A stretch of 64,000 nucleotides of DNA, taken from the NCBI GenBank assembly GCA_005776395.1, contig SXPJ01000083.1, forward strand, positions 9,737-73,736, read 5' to 3'. The notes below the pieces were generated by a model. It did not search any database and was not told the origin of the DNA. It was given only the letters and a program-made list of their open reading frames with translations. The position numbers and the translations under genes were made by a program. Each line of letters opens with the position of its first letter. The first letter of the stretch is position 1. Below are positions 1-9,446 of the stretch, piece after piece. This DNA comes from Bdellovibrionales bacterium (GTDB lineage: Bacteria > Bdellovibrionota > FAC87 > UBA2466).

Positions 1-205
1 TGGTCGAGGACGAACTAAAGGAAGTCTCATCCCTCAAGAACTCACCCATTGGATTTCACTTTTAGACCACACACTTCTTCATGCCTATTCCCTGGAATTT
101 ACTCATCCCAAAACTGAAAAACCCCTAACTATCTCAGCTCCCCTTCCAGTCGACTTTTCTATTTTTTTAAAACTCCTTAAGGATTATGACCCATGCCTCG
201 ATTGA
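1..205 (+). CDS. rluD: RluA/RluD family pseudouridine synthase, C-terminal fragment (runs off window start)
   Basis: The frame from base 2 reads ...HTLLHAYSLEFTHPKTEKPLTISAPLPVDF...* (stop 203-205), the LHAxxLxFxHPxT...APLP motif. It overlaps pgeF, as in the usual rluD-yfiH pair. Confidence 0.8.
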   Translation, partial: GRGRTKGSLIPQELTHWISLLDHTLLHAYSLEFTHPKTEKPLTISAPLPVDFSIFLKLLKDYDPCLD

Positions 206-822
206 AACATATTGAATATGCTTTTGTTACAGAACCCAAAGGATTAACTCGACCTCTTTACAAACAGGTTCATGGAAATGCTTTAATGGAAGTTACCGAA
301 AGAAATCTAAGTGAGCTTTATCAAAATGCTCCAGAGGCCGACGGGGCCTTTACCTCAGTTTCAAACCTAAAACTATCGGTCTTTACTGCCGATTGCCTGC
401 CTTTGCTTTTTTTTACTGAAGATCCAAAAGGCCCCATTGCATCGGTTCATTGCGGATGGAGAGGAGCTCTTCAATCCATCGTAAGTACATTTGAGGATCT
501 GTGGATAGATTACCAAAACCAGATTCACGTGATCCTTGGCCCCTGTTTAGAGCCCTGTTGTTTCGAGGTAAAAGAGGACCTGATTACAAACTTTAAATCC
601 AGAGATCACAATATTGAACCCTATCTGATCCACAGAGATGGACACCTGTTTTTTCATATGAGTTCATTTGTAATCAAAGAACAGCTCACATTTATATCTA
701 AAGAGAAGATCCACACAGAAGAACTACGATGCACTTATTGTTCAGTTCCTACATTACCATCTTATCGTAGAAACAAAGGCACCGATCCGAGAATTCGTGG
801 GTGGATCTATAAAGTCGATTAA
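193..822 (+). CDS. pgeF: YfiH/PgeF laccase-domain purine nucleoside phosphorylase (peptidoglycan editing factor)
   Basis: KQVHG, ADG, TADCLP, HCGWRG, GPC..CCFEV and CTYC...SYRR motifs. Confidence 0.9.
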   Translation: MPRLKHIEYAFVTEPKGLTRPLYKQVHGNALMEVTERNLSELYQNAPEADGAFTSVSNLKLSVFTADCLPLLFFTEDPKGPIASVHCGWRGALQSIVSTFEDLWIDYQNQIHVILGPCLEPCCFEVKEDLITNFKSRDHNIEPYLIHRDGHLFFHMSSFVIKEQLTFISKEKIHTEELRCTYCSVPTLPSYRRNKGTDPRIRGWIYKVD

Positions 823-1304
823 TTCTTTTCACGTTTCATTAACACCGCATCTTTTTTACCTGCGTAGTATTTTCGTCGAAGTCCATATCTAGAAAACCCA
901 GATTTCTCATAGAGTTTAATTGCAGCCCTATTTTCCAATTCCACTTCCAAAAAAGCTTTCTTTACCTGAAGAATATCCCATAGAAACTTAATAAGTGACT
1001 CTCCAGCCCCACGCCTACGAAACTCTTTTGCTACAGCAATAGATACGATATCTAGCTCCTCCAACACAAGAAGCCCTAAAAAATATCCAATAAGTCTATC
1101 TTGATAAAAAAGGCCCCAGCAGCTCCCAGATTCATGCGAAATAAAATACTGAAAATCTTTTTCACTCCAGACCTTATCGAATGAATATTGGGCTATCTCG
1201 ATAATGCTCTTGATATCTTGGGAATTTAAAACGCGCAGTGTAACTTCTATTAACTGTCCAGAAGCATCGTGACTTCGTATTTGTCTTTTAAAGATTTTAT
1301 CCAT
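819..1304 (-). CDS. rimI: Ribosomal protein S18 alanine N-acetyltransferase (GNAT); start uncertain
   Basis: IAVAKEFRRRGAG, FLEV..N..AIKLYEKSGF...RRKYY...DAVLM. Confidence 0.85.
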   Translation of the reverse strand: MDKIFKRQIRSHDASGQLIEVTLRVLNSQDIKSIIEIAQYSFDKVWSEKDFQYFISHESGSCWGLFYQDRLIGYFLGLLVLEELDIVSIAVAKEFRRRGAGESLIKFLWDILQVKKAFLEVELENRAAIKLYEKSGFSRYGLRRKYYAGKKDAVLMKREKN

Positions 1305-1894
1305 TCCTCTAAATTTTTTTGAACCGCCTGTTTTTTTAACAGGACAACTATAGTTGGCTTCAGATTCTCATAACTCCGACCCCGAAACTGAGCTTCATTA
1401 CGCTTGAAATATTTCTGAACCTCATCCTCAGTAATAACCGGAGTCACCGTCTCAATCTTTAACTGAACAAATCTATCAGCACTGAGAGTCTTTGCTATTT
1501 TTTTTAAAATCTCTGCATCGGTCTGGCTATAATGCTTCTTAATAAGCTCTAGTCCTTTAGCCTTTCCCTTTTTATCCTTAAACCACCGATCAACCTCATT
1601 TTGAACATTAATTTCTTTCTGAATACTTTTCATTTCGGCGAAAACCATCTCTTCAAAGACAATTTTTTGTATCGTTTTTTTTAGTTCATCCCCTTCTTCT
1701 TCTAAAACCACAGGTTCTAAACCAGTTTTTAATCGCTGAAGAGCTTTAAAGATAAACGCATCTTGAACTGTAACTACTTTTTTATTGATAATCGCCGCAG
1801 TCCCATTCATAAGCTTCCCAGGATCCTGGGCTAAGCTCGTTACAGACCCTAAAATAACAAGACAGTTAAGGAACCAGTTTCTAAAGAGTCTCAT
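1250..1894 (-). CDS. Secreted SurA N-terminal-like chaperone domain protein
   Basis: Signal peptide; AAIINKKVVT start and ITEDEVQKYF..N...F, EWIKSLKDKYEV end, typical of SurA/PrsA without a parvulin domain. Confidence 0.6.
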   Translation of the reverse strand: MRLFRNWFLNCLVILGSVTSLAQDPGKLMNGTAAIINKKVVTVQDAFIFKALQRLKTGLEPVVLEEEGDELKKTIQKIVFEEMVFAEMKSIQKEINVQNEVDRWFKDKKGKAKGLELIKKHYSQTDAEILKKIAKTLSADRFVQLKIETVTPVITEDEVQKYFKRNEAQFRGRSYENLKPTIVVLLKKQAVQKNLEEWIKSLKDKYEVTMLLDS

Positions 1895-2277
1895 TAAGCA
1901 ATAACCGCTATAGCTTCAATTTCAACCTGAACACCCTTCGGAAGTTTTCCCACTTCAACGGTCGCTCTAGCGGGATATGGAGTTCTCATGTACTTGGCGT
2001 AAACTTCATTAAACCTAGGAAACTCACTCATCTGAGTTAAAAATACAGTTGTCTTTACAACATGCTCAAGACCTAAGTTCTGAGAGGCTAAAATAGAGGT
2101 TAGGTTTTTCATTACCTGTTCAGTCTGTTCCTCAATGGTGCCCCCTACGACTGTTCCAGTTTTGGGATCTAACGGAATCTGTCCTGAGATAAAAATAAAT
2201 CCACCGGCTTTAATAGCTTGAGAATAGGGCCCAATAGCTTGAGGAGCCTCCAAAGTTGAAATGACCTCTTTTTTCAT
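1894..2277 (-). CDS. ridA: RidA (YjgF/YER057c/UK114) enamine deaminase
   Basis: APQAIGPYSQA, SGQIPLDP, NEVY, PARATVEV..LPKG..VEIEAIA. Confidence 0.92.
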   Translation of the reverse strand: MKKEVISTLEAPQAIGPYSQAIKAGGFIFISGQIPLDPKTGTVVGGTIEEQTEQVMKNLTSILASQNLGLEHVVKTTVFLTQMSEFPRFNEVYAKYMRTPYPARATVEVGKLPKGVQVEIEAIAVIA

Positions 2278-2627
2278 TCTGACTCCTTACGTTCAAAGGA
2301 TATTTGAACATTTACTTTGTGTTTTTCCATGAACTTTGTGATCTCTTGAGAAAGATCGATCTTCCCTAAAACCCGTCCAAACTCTTTTGCGAGAAGAGCA
2401 TAAAAATCATCTTTTTTCTTTCCGATACTTTCAAGAACCAAACTCACCAATTCTTTGGGAAGCTTCTTGTCTTTTAGATAGGAACGCACAGAATCCTCAG
2501 TCATAAAAATAGTGGCCAATCCGGTTAAGGTGAGCTCCTTCATCATCTCACTCCACCACGGTTTCTCTGAGCCCTTATCGGTCTCTTTTTCATCTTCTGA
2601 GGTGCCTTTTAATTCTTCCTGAGCCAT
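2274..2627 (-). CDS. Hypothetical helical protein
   Basis: Intact 117-aa ORF with GGGGA SD, tightly packed in the glpX operon. Confidence 0.7.
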   Translation of the reverse strand: MAQEELKGTSEDEKETDKGSEKPWWSEMMKELTLTGLATIFMTEDSVRSYLKDKKLPKELVSLVLESIGKKKDDFYALLAKEFGRVLGKIDLSQEITKFMEKHKVNVQISFERKESE

Positions 2628-2641
2628 TGAGTCCCCCTTCT

Positions 2642-3079
2642 CTAATCTTTAACGAGCTCTTTAGCTCTGGTTTCAAAACTATCAAACATTTTTGGCAGAT
2701 TAACTTCAGTCAATTTTTTTGAAATCCAAGATGGAATTAAAAAAACAACCGCCACATCTAATTCATAATGGACCTCAGTCTCTTGAGGTCCCTTGGATTG
2801 CAAAACCCATCGTCCTTCATTTTTCTTAAAAAAATCGCTCTCAAGGAGCTTCCATTGGATCTCTTGGTTTCCATTTATTTTAAATTCAAGAGTGTAGACA
2901 AATTTTTTCACTACTTCGATTTCAAATTGAACCAGAACGGTTTTAGGATCCGGTTTTTTGACTACTTTAGCCCCGACCACCTCGCCTAAAAAATCGGGGT
3001 ACTTTTCAAATTCAGTAATAGCCTGAAAGAGTGCCTCAAGGGGCACCGACATCAGTTTATCTCGAAAGACTGCAGCCAT
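2642..3079 (-). CDS. SRPBCC/START-domain protein (RatA/COQ10, polyketide cyclase-like)
   Basis: LF..I.EFEKYPDFL, N.G.W.L, V.YEL.V pattern. Confidence 0.8.
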   Translation of the reverse strand: MAAVFRDKLMSVPLEALFQAITEFEKYPDFLGEVVGAKVVKKPDPKTVLVQFEIEVVKKFVYTLEFKINGNQEIQWKLLESDFFKKNEGRWVLQSKGPQETEVHYELDVAVVFLIPSWISKKLTEVNLPKMFDSFETRAKELVKD

Positions 3080-3085
3080 AATTTT

Positions 3086-4045
3086 TTACCAACCGTACCG
3101 AGGTTTATGATCAAAATAATGCATTGTCTTAATTTCACGGATAGTCATTGTTTCCGATCTCATTACAATTGAATGGGTATGAGCTCCGCCACCGAAGTAT
3201 CTAACCCCACTAAGATAACTCCCATTGGTAATCCCGGTCGCAATAAACATCACATTACCACGGGCCAACTCTTCTATTCCGTAAACTCTATTCTCATCTT
3301 TGATACCCATCGCTTTAGCGCGTACTCTTTCCTGATCGTTTCTAAACTTTAATATGCCCTGCATATCTCCACCAAGGCACTTAAGAGCGGCAGCAGCAAT
3401 CACACCTTCAGGAGCCCCCCCAATCCCCATCAGAGCATCAATACCCGTTTCCTCTTGAGCTGCTGCAATGGCAGCAGAAACATCGCCATCACCAATTAAT
3501 CGAATTCTACAGCCTGCAGCTCGTACCTCAGCAATAAGGTCAGCGTGTCGGGGTCTATCTAGAATAATCACCATGAGATCTCCGATGCTTTTATTAGTGG
3601 CCTTTGCGATCTCTTTTAAATTCCAGCTAGGACTCTTAGTAATATCAATAGCCCCCTTAGCCTGAGCCCCTACCGCAATTTTATCCATATAGGTATCGGG
3701 AGCATGAAGAAAATTACCCTCTTCAGCCGCAGCAATAACTGAGAGAGCTTCGCTTCTTCCTAATGCGGTAATGGTAGTTCCTTCTAGCGGATCGCAGGCG
3801 ATATCGATGTTGGGCCCTTCTCCACCACCTACCTGCTCTCCAATGTAAAGCATAGGGGCTTCATCTCGTTCCCCTTCCCCAATCTTAATAGTTCCACAAA
3901 ACCTGATAGAATCAAAAGCCTTCCTCATGGACTCCACAGCAGCATGATCGGCTGCTTTTTCATCGCCTCGACCAATCCAACGGCCTACGCTTAGAGCGGC
4001 GGCTTCAGTCACTCTGACAAATTCCAAGGCTAAATTTCTATCCAT
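3086..4045 (-). CDS. glpX: Class II fructose-1,6-bisphosphatase
   Basis: RVTEAAA, IGEGERDEAPMLYIGE, DPLEGT, APDTYMDK, DRPRH, DGDVS, GGAPEGV. Confidence 0.97.
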   Translation of the reverse strand: MDRNLALEFVRVTEAAALSVGRWIGRGDEKAADHAAVESMRKAFDSIRFCGTIKIGEGERDEAPMLYIGEQVGGGEGPNIDIACDPLEGTTITALGRSEALSVIAAAEEGNFLHAPDTYMDKIAVGAQAKGAIDITKSPSWNLKEIAKATNKSIGDLMVIILDRPRHADLIAEVRAAGCRIRLIGDGDVSAAIAAAQEETGIDALMGIGGAPEGVIAAAALKCLGGDMQGILKFRNDQERVRAKAMGIKDENRVYGIEELARGNVMFIATGITNGSYLSGVRYFGGGAHTHSIVMRSETMTIREIKTMHYFDHKPRYGW

Positions 4046-4304
4046 AAGTACTCCTTTTGAGATGGGAGAAAGGTAGCACAGAAACCTCTAAAGTGAAATG
4101 GCGCCTATTATAGCGCTAACCAGTTAACCCAGTACCAGATCGGTAAGTTGATTTTGGGTAGCAAAGGGTTAACGGATGAGTTCTAGGGTTCAACGGACAG
4201 CTGATTTCTAGAAGAGAGAAGAGAAAAGCATTCTATTCCTTCAGATAAAACGTTTTCTCGCGGAGTGGTATGACATTAAAAGAAGAGTAGCCTAGTTTGC
4301 GGCC

Positions 4305-4688
4305 ATGGCATCAGAAGTCGAAAAGGACCTTAAAAAACTTTACGCAGACCGTTTAAAGGATAGACGGCAAAGTAAAACAAGAAGAAGGCTCCGTGCCGAA
4401 GCAAGCCCTCAAGCTCTAACTCAGCTTCTTCCTATCTATTTTGATAAAAGCCCTCAGACACTCTCAAAGATCGAAGAAACGCGTGCTTTAATATCCTGGG
4501 AAAAATATGTGGGGGAGTCCGCAGCCTCTCAATCTCAGGCTGTAAGATTAAGAGCTGGCACCTTGACCGTTAAGGTCCTAAGCCCTATCTGGATGCAGCA
4601 ACTCTCTTTATTTAAAGATAGAATATTAAAACATTATCGGAGAGATTTCCCCAACTTAAAGATCAGGAATATTTTTTTTACTAGTTAG
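4305..4688 (+). CDS. dciA: DUF721/DciA family helicase-loader-like protein
   Basis: W...VG...A......L..G.L.V.V.SP.WMQQL...K..I motif; dnaB is also in this window. Confidence 0.7.
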   Translation: MASEVEKDLKKLYADRLKDRRQSKTRRRLRAEASPQALTQLLPIYFDKSPQTLSKIEETRALISWEKYVGESAASQSQAVRLRAGTLTVKVLSPIWMQQLSLFKDRILKHYRRDFPNLKIRNIFFTS

Positions 4689-5130
4689 TTGCAGTGACGC
4701 CCGTACTTCCAAACCCACCCGCCCCACGCTCAGTTGCATTGAGACTTTCAACTTCCTGCCATTGAATCTGGTCAACTTTCTGTAGCACTAACTGGGCAAT
4801 TCGATCCTGAGAAGCAATTTCAACGTTTTCATTTCCCAAATTGATCACAAGAACTTTAACTTCACCTCGATAATCACTGTCGATGGTTCCGGGAGCATTA
4901 ACGACTGTAAGTCCCTTTTTAAAAGCCAATCCGCTTCTGGGTCTAACTTGAATTTCGTAGCCTTCAGGAATCTCAACACTCAAACCTGTAGGAACCGCAA
5001 ATCTCTCTCCAGGCTTAATAACTAGAGAGGCCTCCAAACAGGCGTGAGCATCACAACCCGCAGCCCCCATCGACATATAAGAAGGAATTAATGCCTGTTT
5101 ATTTAGTTTAATAACCTTAACTTTAATCAT
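4681..5130 (-). CDS. dut: dUTP diphosphatase
   Basis: AAGCD, QVRPRSGLA, GTIDSDYRGE, RIAQLV, RGAGGFGSTG. Confidence 0.97.
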   Translation of the reverse strand: MIKVKVIKLNKQALIPSYMSMGAAGCDAHACLEASLVIKPGERFAVPTGLSVEIPEGYEIQVRPRSGLAFKKGLTVVNAPGTIDSDYRGEVKVLVINLGNENVEIASQDRIAQLVLQKVDQIQWQEVESLNATERGAGGFGSTGVTATN

Positions 5131-6407
5131 GAAAATATCGAGACCTCTTTTTGTTTAGGTTTAACACGAGATAATGTCACCGTGCTTTCTTTAGACGGAT
5201 TAAAAATTCTTTTCGCAACAGCTTGAACCTGTTCCACTGTTACATTTTTAATTTCATGCACAATCTCTTCGGGCGTAAAATGTCTTCCAAAAAACACTTC
5301 ATTTCTTCCCAAACTCTCTTGGCGAGATTCCATATGTTCTGAACCCAACACAATAGAACCTTTGATTTGATTTTTTATCGAATTCAACGCCTCTAGCGAA
5401 ATGGGAACGCTCGAGACTTCACAAATCTCTTTACCTAATATTTTTAAACATTGCCCTAGAGATTTCGGTTTTAAAGTAAGATAAATCGCACAGAGCCCTG
5501 TCTGGGCAAAAGAGATAAAATCACAGTCTACATTGTAGGCCAATCCTGCCTTTTCTCTTATTTCTTGGAATAATCGACTACTCATTCCCCCGCCCAAATA
5601 GACATTAAGAACTAAAGCAGCATATCTGTCAGGATCATGCATCGACAATCCATCAAATCCTACAATCAAATGCAATTGATCGGTCTCCATAATCGTTTTT
5701 TTGTGAATCGCATGATAGAGAACTTTCTGATTTAGCTTTGGAATCACACTCCTTGTTTCGCGATACGCAAATAACTCTTCACACTTTTCAATAATCTGTT
5801 GAGGGTGAATATAGCCCGCCACACTAATAACCATATTACTAGGGTGATAATATTTCTTAAACACCTTAAGGGCGGTAGCTCTATTAAAGCTCGTAATGGT
5901 AGACTTACTTCCAATGACGGGTTGACCTAGCGGCTGGTTTTTCCACACATTCCTAAAAAAAACATCGTAAATCTGATCATCGGGAGACTCTTCGATCATT
6001 GAAAGCTCCTGAAGCAGAACTCTCTTTTCACTTTCGATTTCTTGTTTTGGAAATGTGGGTTTAAGAGTGAGATCACTTAAGACATCTAGGGCAATATCGA
6101 TATGTTCACTGAGAACGGTAGCGTGATAACAGGTGACTTCCCGATCAGTGAAAGCATTTAAATCCCCCCCTAGGGACTCTAGAATGGTGGCAATTTCAAG
6201 GTTTGAGCGCTTCTCAGTCCCCTTGAACACCATATGTTCCAGAAAGTGGCTGACCCCATTAAATGATTGGGTTTCGGCTCCACTGCCTACTTTAACCCAA
6301 ACGCCCACTGAAACAGAACGAACAGATTCATTTCGCTCCATTACAAGCGTTGCGCCGTTTTTTAAACGAACTTTACTATATTGAGCTGGACGATGCTGAG
6401 CTGGCAC
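5127..6407 (-). CDS. M16 family zinc metallopeptidase (pitrilysin-like)
   Basis: HFLEHMVFKGT inverted zincin motif; GGGMSSRLFQEIREKAGLAY; usual position after pnp; GTG start. Confidence 0.93.
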   Translation of the reverse strand: MPAQHRPAQYSKVRLKNGATLVMERNESVRSVSVGVWVKVGSGAETQSFNGVSHFLEHMVFKGTEKRSNLEIATILESLGGDLNAFTDREVTCYHATVLSEHIDIALDVLSDLTLKPTFPKQEIESEKRVLLQELSMIEESPDDQIYDVFFRNVWKNQPLGQPVIGSKSTITSFNRATALKVFKKYYHPSNMVISVAGYIHPQQIIEKCEELFAYRETRSVIPKLNQKVLYHAIHKKTIMETDQLHLIVGFDGLSMHDPDRYAALVLNVYLGGGMSSRLFQEIREKAGLAYNVDCDFISFAQTGLCAIYLTLKPKSLGQCLKILGKEICEVSSVPISLEALNSIKNQIKGSIVLGSEHMESRQESLGRNEVFFGRHFTPEEIVHEIKNVTVEQVQAVAKRIFNPSKESTVTLSRVKPKQKEVSIFS

Positions 6408-6462
6408 TACCAGTCCCCCTGTCTTAAAGAAGGGGTTCCCCTACTACTACAGGGCTAACCGA

Positions 6463-9102
6463 CTAATCCTCATCATCCCGACCGTATCTGCCACCACGAT
6501 CTTCATCCATGAAGTCAGCGTTAAATCCACGATCATCGGGTTCTCTTCGATAGCCTCTATCTTCACGATCCCTACCTCCGCGGTCTTCACGAGCTGCATA
6601 GCCACGATCTTGTCTTGGACCACGATCTTGTCGCTCTGGACGATCTTGTCTTGGACCACGATCTTGTCGCTCTGGACGATCTTGTCTTGGACCACGATCT
6701 CCTCGGTCTCCGCCTTGGAACCTATCTCGGTCGGGCTCTCTATCACGATTATCTCTCGCCTCTCTAGGCCCTCTTCCACCCCGATCTCCGCCTCTATCTC
6801 GTTCGGAATGTTCGCGTCTAGGACCTCGATCACCTCGGTCTGGGCCTCGGAATCTATCTCTGTCCCCTCCGCGATCACGATCTCTGCCTCTATCACCTCG
6901 ATCGGATCTAGCGTCAATACGATTTCCGCGATCTTCATCACTCGGATGGTCTTCAGAAGGAGAACCTTCAGCTCTTGGGGTTGGGGCTACTGCAGGTGGT
7001 GCCTCTTTAGTTAGAAGTGCTTTACGTGAAAGTCTAATTTTTCCAGAGGGATCAACTTCAAGACATTTAACTTGAATGATATCTCCCATTTTAACCACGT
7101 CTTCAACTTGACGAACTCTAAAGTGCTCTAGTTCAGAGATATGACAGAGCCCTTCGGTCCCAGGAATAATTTCAACGAAAGCACCGAAATCTGCGATTCG
7201 GGTAATCTTCCCTTCATAAACCTTTCCAGCTTCAGGCTCCTCAACAATCTGATTAATGATATCAATTGCTTTTTGAGCACTGGTTTCATCGGCAGACGCA
7301 ATATGAATGGTTCCGTCGTCCTCGATATCAATCTTAACTCCAGTTCTCTCAATAATGCTTCGAATAACTTTACCACCCGAACCGATAACTTCTCTGACTT
7401 TGTCCTGTTTTACCTTCACGGTAAAGATGCGAGGAGCATATTTTGAGAAGTTAGAACGAGCCTCAGTTAAGGCTTCTGCCATCTTAGTAAGAATATGAAG
7501 TCGACCTTCTCTAGCTTGCGCTAAGGCACTCTCCATAATTTCGCGACTGACTCCACCGATTTTTAAATCCATTTGGAAAGCCGTAACACCATCGGCAGTA
7601 CCACAGACTTTAAAATCCATATCGCCTAAATGGTCTTCATCGCCAAGGATATCTGAAAGAACAGCAATTTTGTCGCCCTCTTTAATTAATCCCATCGCAA
7701 CCCCAGCCACTGGCTTAGGCACAGGAACCCCGGCATCCATTAGCGCTAAGGAACCACTGCAGACAGTAGCCATGGACGAACTTCCGTTAGATTCCAATAC
7801 TTCGGATACAATTCTCACCGTATATGGGAACTTTTCTTTGGGGGGAATGACAAAAGCAAGAGCTCTCTCAGCTAAAAATCCGTGTCCAATCTCTCTTCTT
7901 CCTGGCGGACGAAGAGGTCTAGCTTCACCTACCGAGAAGGGAGGAAAGTTATAGTGGAGTAGAAAACTTTTGTTATACACGCCACTAATAGAATCAATCT
8001 TTTGCTCATCATCAGCAGTTCCTAGAGTCACAGTAGCTAATACCTGGGTTTCGCCACGGGTAAACAGTGCTGAACCGTGAACTCGAGGTAATAAACCTGT
8101 TTCACAAGTGATCGGACGAATTTCATTAAAAGGTCTTCCGTCGATACGAGCTTTAGTATTAACCGTTTTTTCTCTGGCGTAAGCTGCTTTAACCTCTTCA
8201 AAATACAGCCCAACAAGTTTGTTTCGTTTTTTATCCTGGTCAGTCTTAGGTTCTTTAGTTGCGAACTTCTCAGTTACTTTTTTGCTAACTGTACTTAGAG
8301 CTTCATAGCGATTTAATTTTTCTTTAATCGCAAAAGCTTTTTCTAAATCACTCCAGCTAAACTTTCTGATTTCAGTTTTCAGAGCTTCATCACGAAGAGG
8401 CGTTTCATACTCACGCTTTTCTGTTCCAGCCTTAGCTTTCAATTCATCTTGAAGATCGAATACAATCTTCATTTCATTGTGAGCAAAATCTATAGCGTCC
8501 ATCATCTCTTTTTCAGAGGCTTCTTTGGCGCTTCCTTCAACCATTACAACCCCGGTCTTAACACCAGAGACTAATAGGTCAATTTTGCTATTAACCATTT
8601 CCGCTGGAGGGGGATTAGCGACCCATTGGTCATTTAAATATCCCACTCTCAGAGTTCCCACTGGACCGTTAAAAGGAATATCAGAAATATGTAGAGCTGC
8701 ACTGGCAGCAATTGAGGCTAAATAGTCAGGTTCGTTGACTCCATCCACTGAAAGAACAGTAGCCACGACGTTGGTCTCATAGAGGTAATCTTCAGGAAAA
8801 AGAGGTCGACAGGGTCGATCTATCAATCGAGCTGATAAAGTGGCTCGATCAGAAGGTTTTGCTTCTCGTTTAAAAAAGCCCCCTGGTAATCTTCCTGCCG
8901 AGTAATACTTTTCTTGAAAATCTACAGTCAAAGGAAAAAAGTCTTGGTTTTCTCCTAATTTGTGACTCGATACTACAGTGACTAGCACTACCGTTTCACC
9001 GCAAGTCGCTAAAACCGATGCATCCGCCTGTTTAGCTAACTTACCAGTTTGGAGCGTTAATACACGCCCCCCATAGTTGGCACTAACTTCGACGACACCC
9101 AT
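6463..9102 (-). CDS. pnp: Polyribonucleotide nucleotidyltransferase with long low-complexity C-terminal extension
   Basis: Two RNase PH domains (RLIDRP, RREIGHG, ESNGSSSMA, EDHLGDMDFKV), KH (IGSGGK) and S1, then about 180 aa rich in R/D/G. Confidence 0.97.
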   Translation of the reverse strand: MGVVEVSANYGGRVLTLQTGKLAKQADASVLATCGETVVLVTVVSSHKLGENQDFFPLTVDFQEKYYSAGRLPGGFFKREAKPSDRATLSARLIDRPCRPLFPEDYLYETNVVATVLSVDGVNEPDYLASIAASAALHISDIPFNGPVGTLRVGYLNDQWVANPPPAEMVNSKIDLLVSGVKTGVVMVEGSAKEASEKEMMDAIDFAHNEMKIVFDLQDELKAKAGTEKREYETPLRDEALKTEIRKFSWSDLEKAFAIKEKLNRYEALSTVSKKVTEKFATKEPKTDQDKKRNKLVGLYFEEVKAAYAREKTVNTKARIDGRPFNEIRPITCETGLLPRVHGSALFTRGETQVLATVTLGTADDEQKIDSISGVYNKSFLLHYNFPPFSVGEARPLRPPGRREIGHGFLAERALAFVIPPKEKFPYTVRIVSEVLESNGSSSMATVCSGSLALMDAGVPVPKPVAGVAMGLIKEGDKIAVLSDILGDEDHLGDMDFKVCGTADGVTAFQMDLKIGGVSREIMESALAQAREGRLHILTKMAEALTEARSNFSKYAPRIFTVKVKQDKVREVIGSGGKVIRSIIERTGVKIDIEDDGTIHIASADETSAQKAIDIINQIVEEPEAGKVYEGKITRIADFGAFVEIIPGTEGLCHISELEHFRVRQVEDVVKMGDIIQVKCLEVDPSGKIRLSRKALLTKEAPPAVAPTPRAEGSPSEDHPSDEDRGNRIDARSDRGDRGRDRDRGGDRDRFRGPDRGDRGPRREHSERDRGGDRGGRGPREARDNRDREPDRDRFQGGDRGDRGPRQDRPERQDRGPRQDRPERQDRGPRQDRGYAAREDRGGRDREDRGYRREPDDRGFNADFMDEDRGGRYGRDDED
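6604..6700. repeat. Perfect 36-bp tandem repeat (about 2.7 copies) inside the pnp tail
   Basis: Unit acgatcttgtcttggaccacgatcttgtcgctctgg at 6604, 6640 and partially at 6676; encodes DRGPRQDRPERQ repeats on the minus strand. Confidence 0.95.
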
Positions 9103-9153
9103 TGTTGTCTCCCTTAATATTTTTTAAGAAAAATAGTCCTAAGCCGTAGGAAA

Positions 9154-9423
9154 CTATTTTCTGATATTTAATCGCTCAATGAGCTTTTGATAGCGAGTGG
9201 AGTCTACTTTTTTTAAGTAGTCCAACTGACGCCGCCTGGAACTCACAAGCATTAGTAGACCACGTCGTGAATGATGGTCTTTCTTGTGAAACTTAAAATG
9301 TGGCGTCAAACTATTAATTCGCTCAGTTAAAAGTGCGACTTGTACTTCAGGCGATCCGGTATCACCGTCATGAAGTTTATGGTTTTTGATAAGCTCTGTC
9401 TTTTTTTCCTTTAATAGACTCAA
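9154..9423 (-). CDS. rpsO: 30S ribosomal protein S15
   Basis: [25 protein letters not shown]; TTG start. Confidence 0.97.
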   Translation of the reverse strand: MSLLKEKKTELIKNHKLHDGDTGSPEVQVALLTERINSLTPHFKFHKKDHHSRRGLLMLVSSRRRQLDYLKKVDSTRYQKLIERLNIRK

Positions 9424-9446
9424 CGTTTATCCCTCTGTTATTCCTT

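Noticed and set aside
6604-6700. 36-bp repeat as a possible CRISPR array
   Set aside because: Head-to-tail with no unique spacers, in frame inside pnp, no cas genes
6447-7014. Alternative-frame ORFs with QDKIVV / WTILSL repeats
   Set aside because: Shadow frames of the repetitive pnp tail; no start signals
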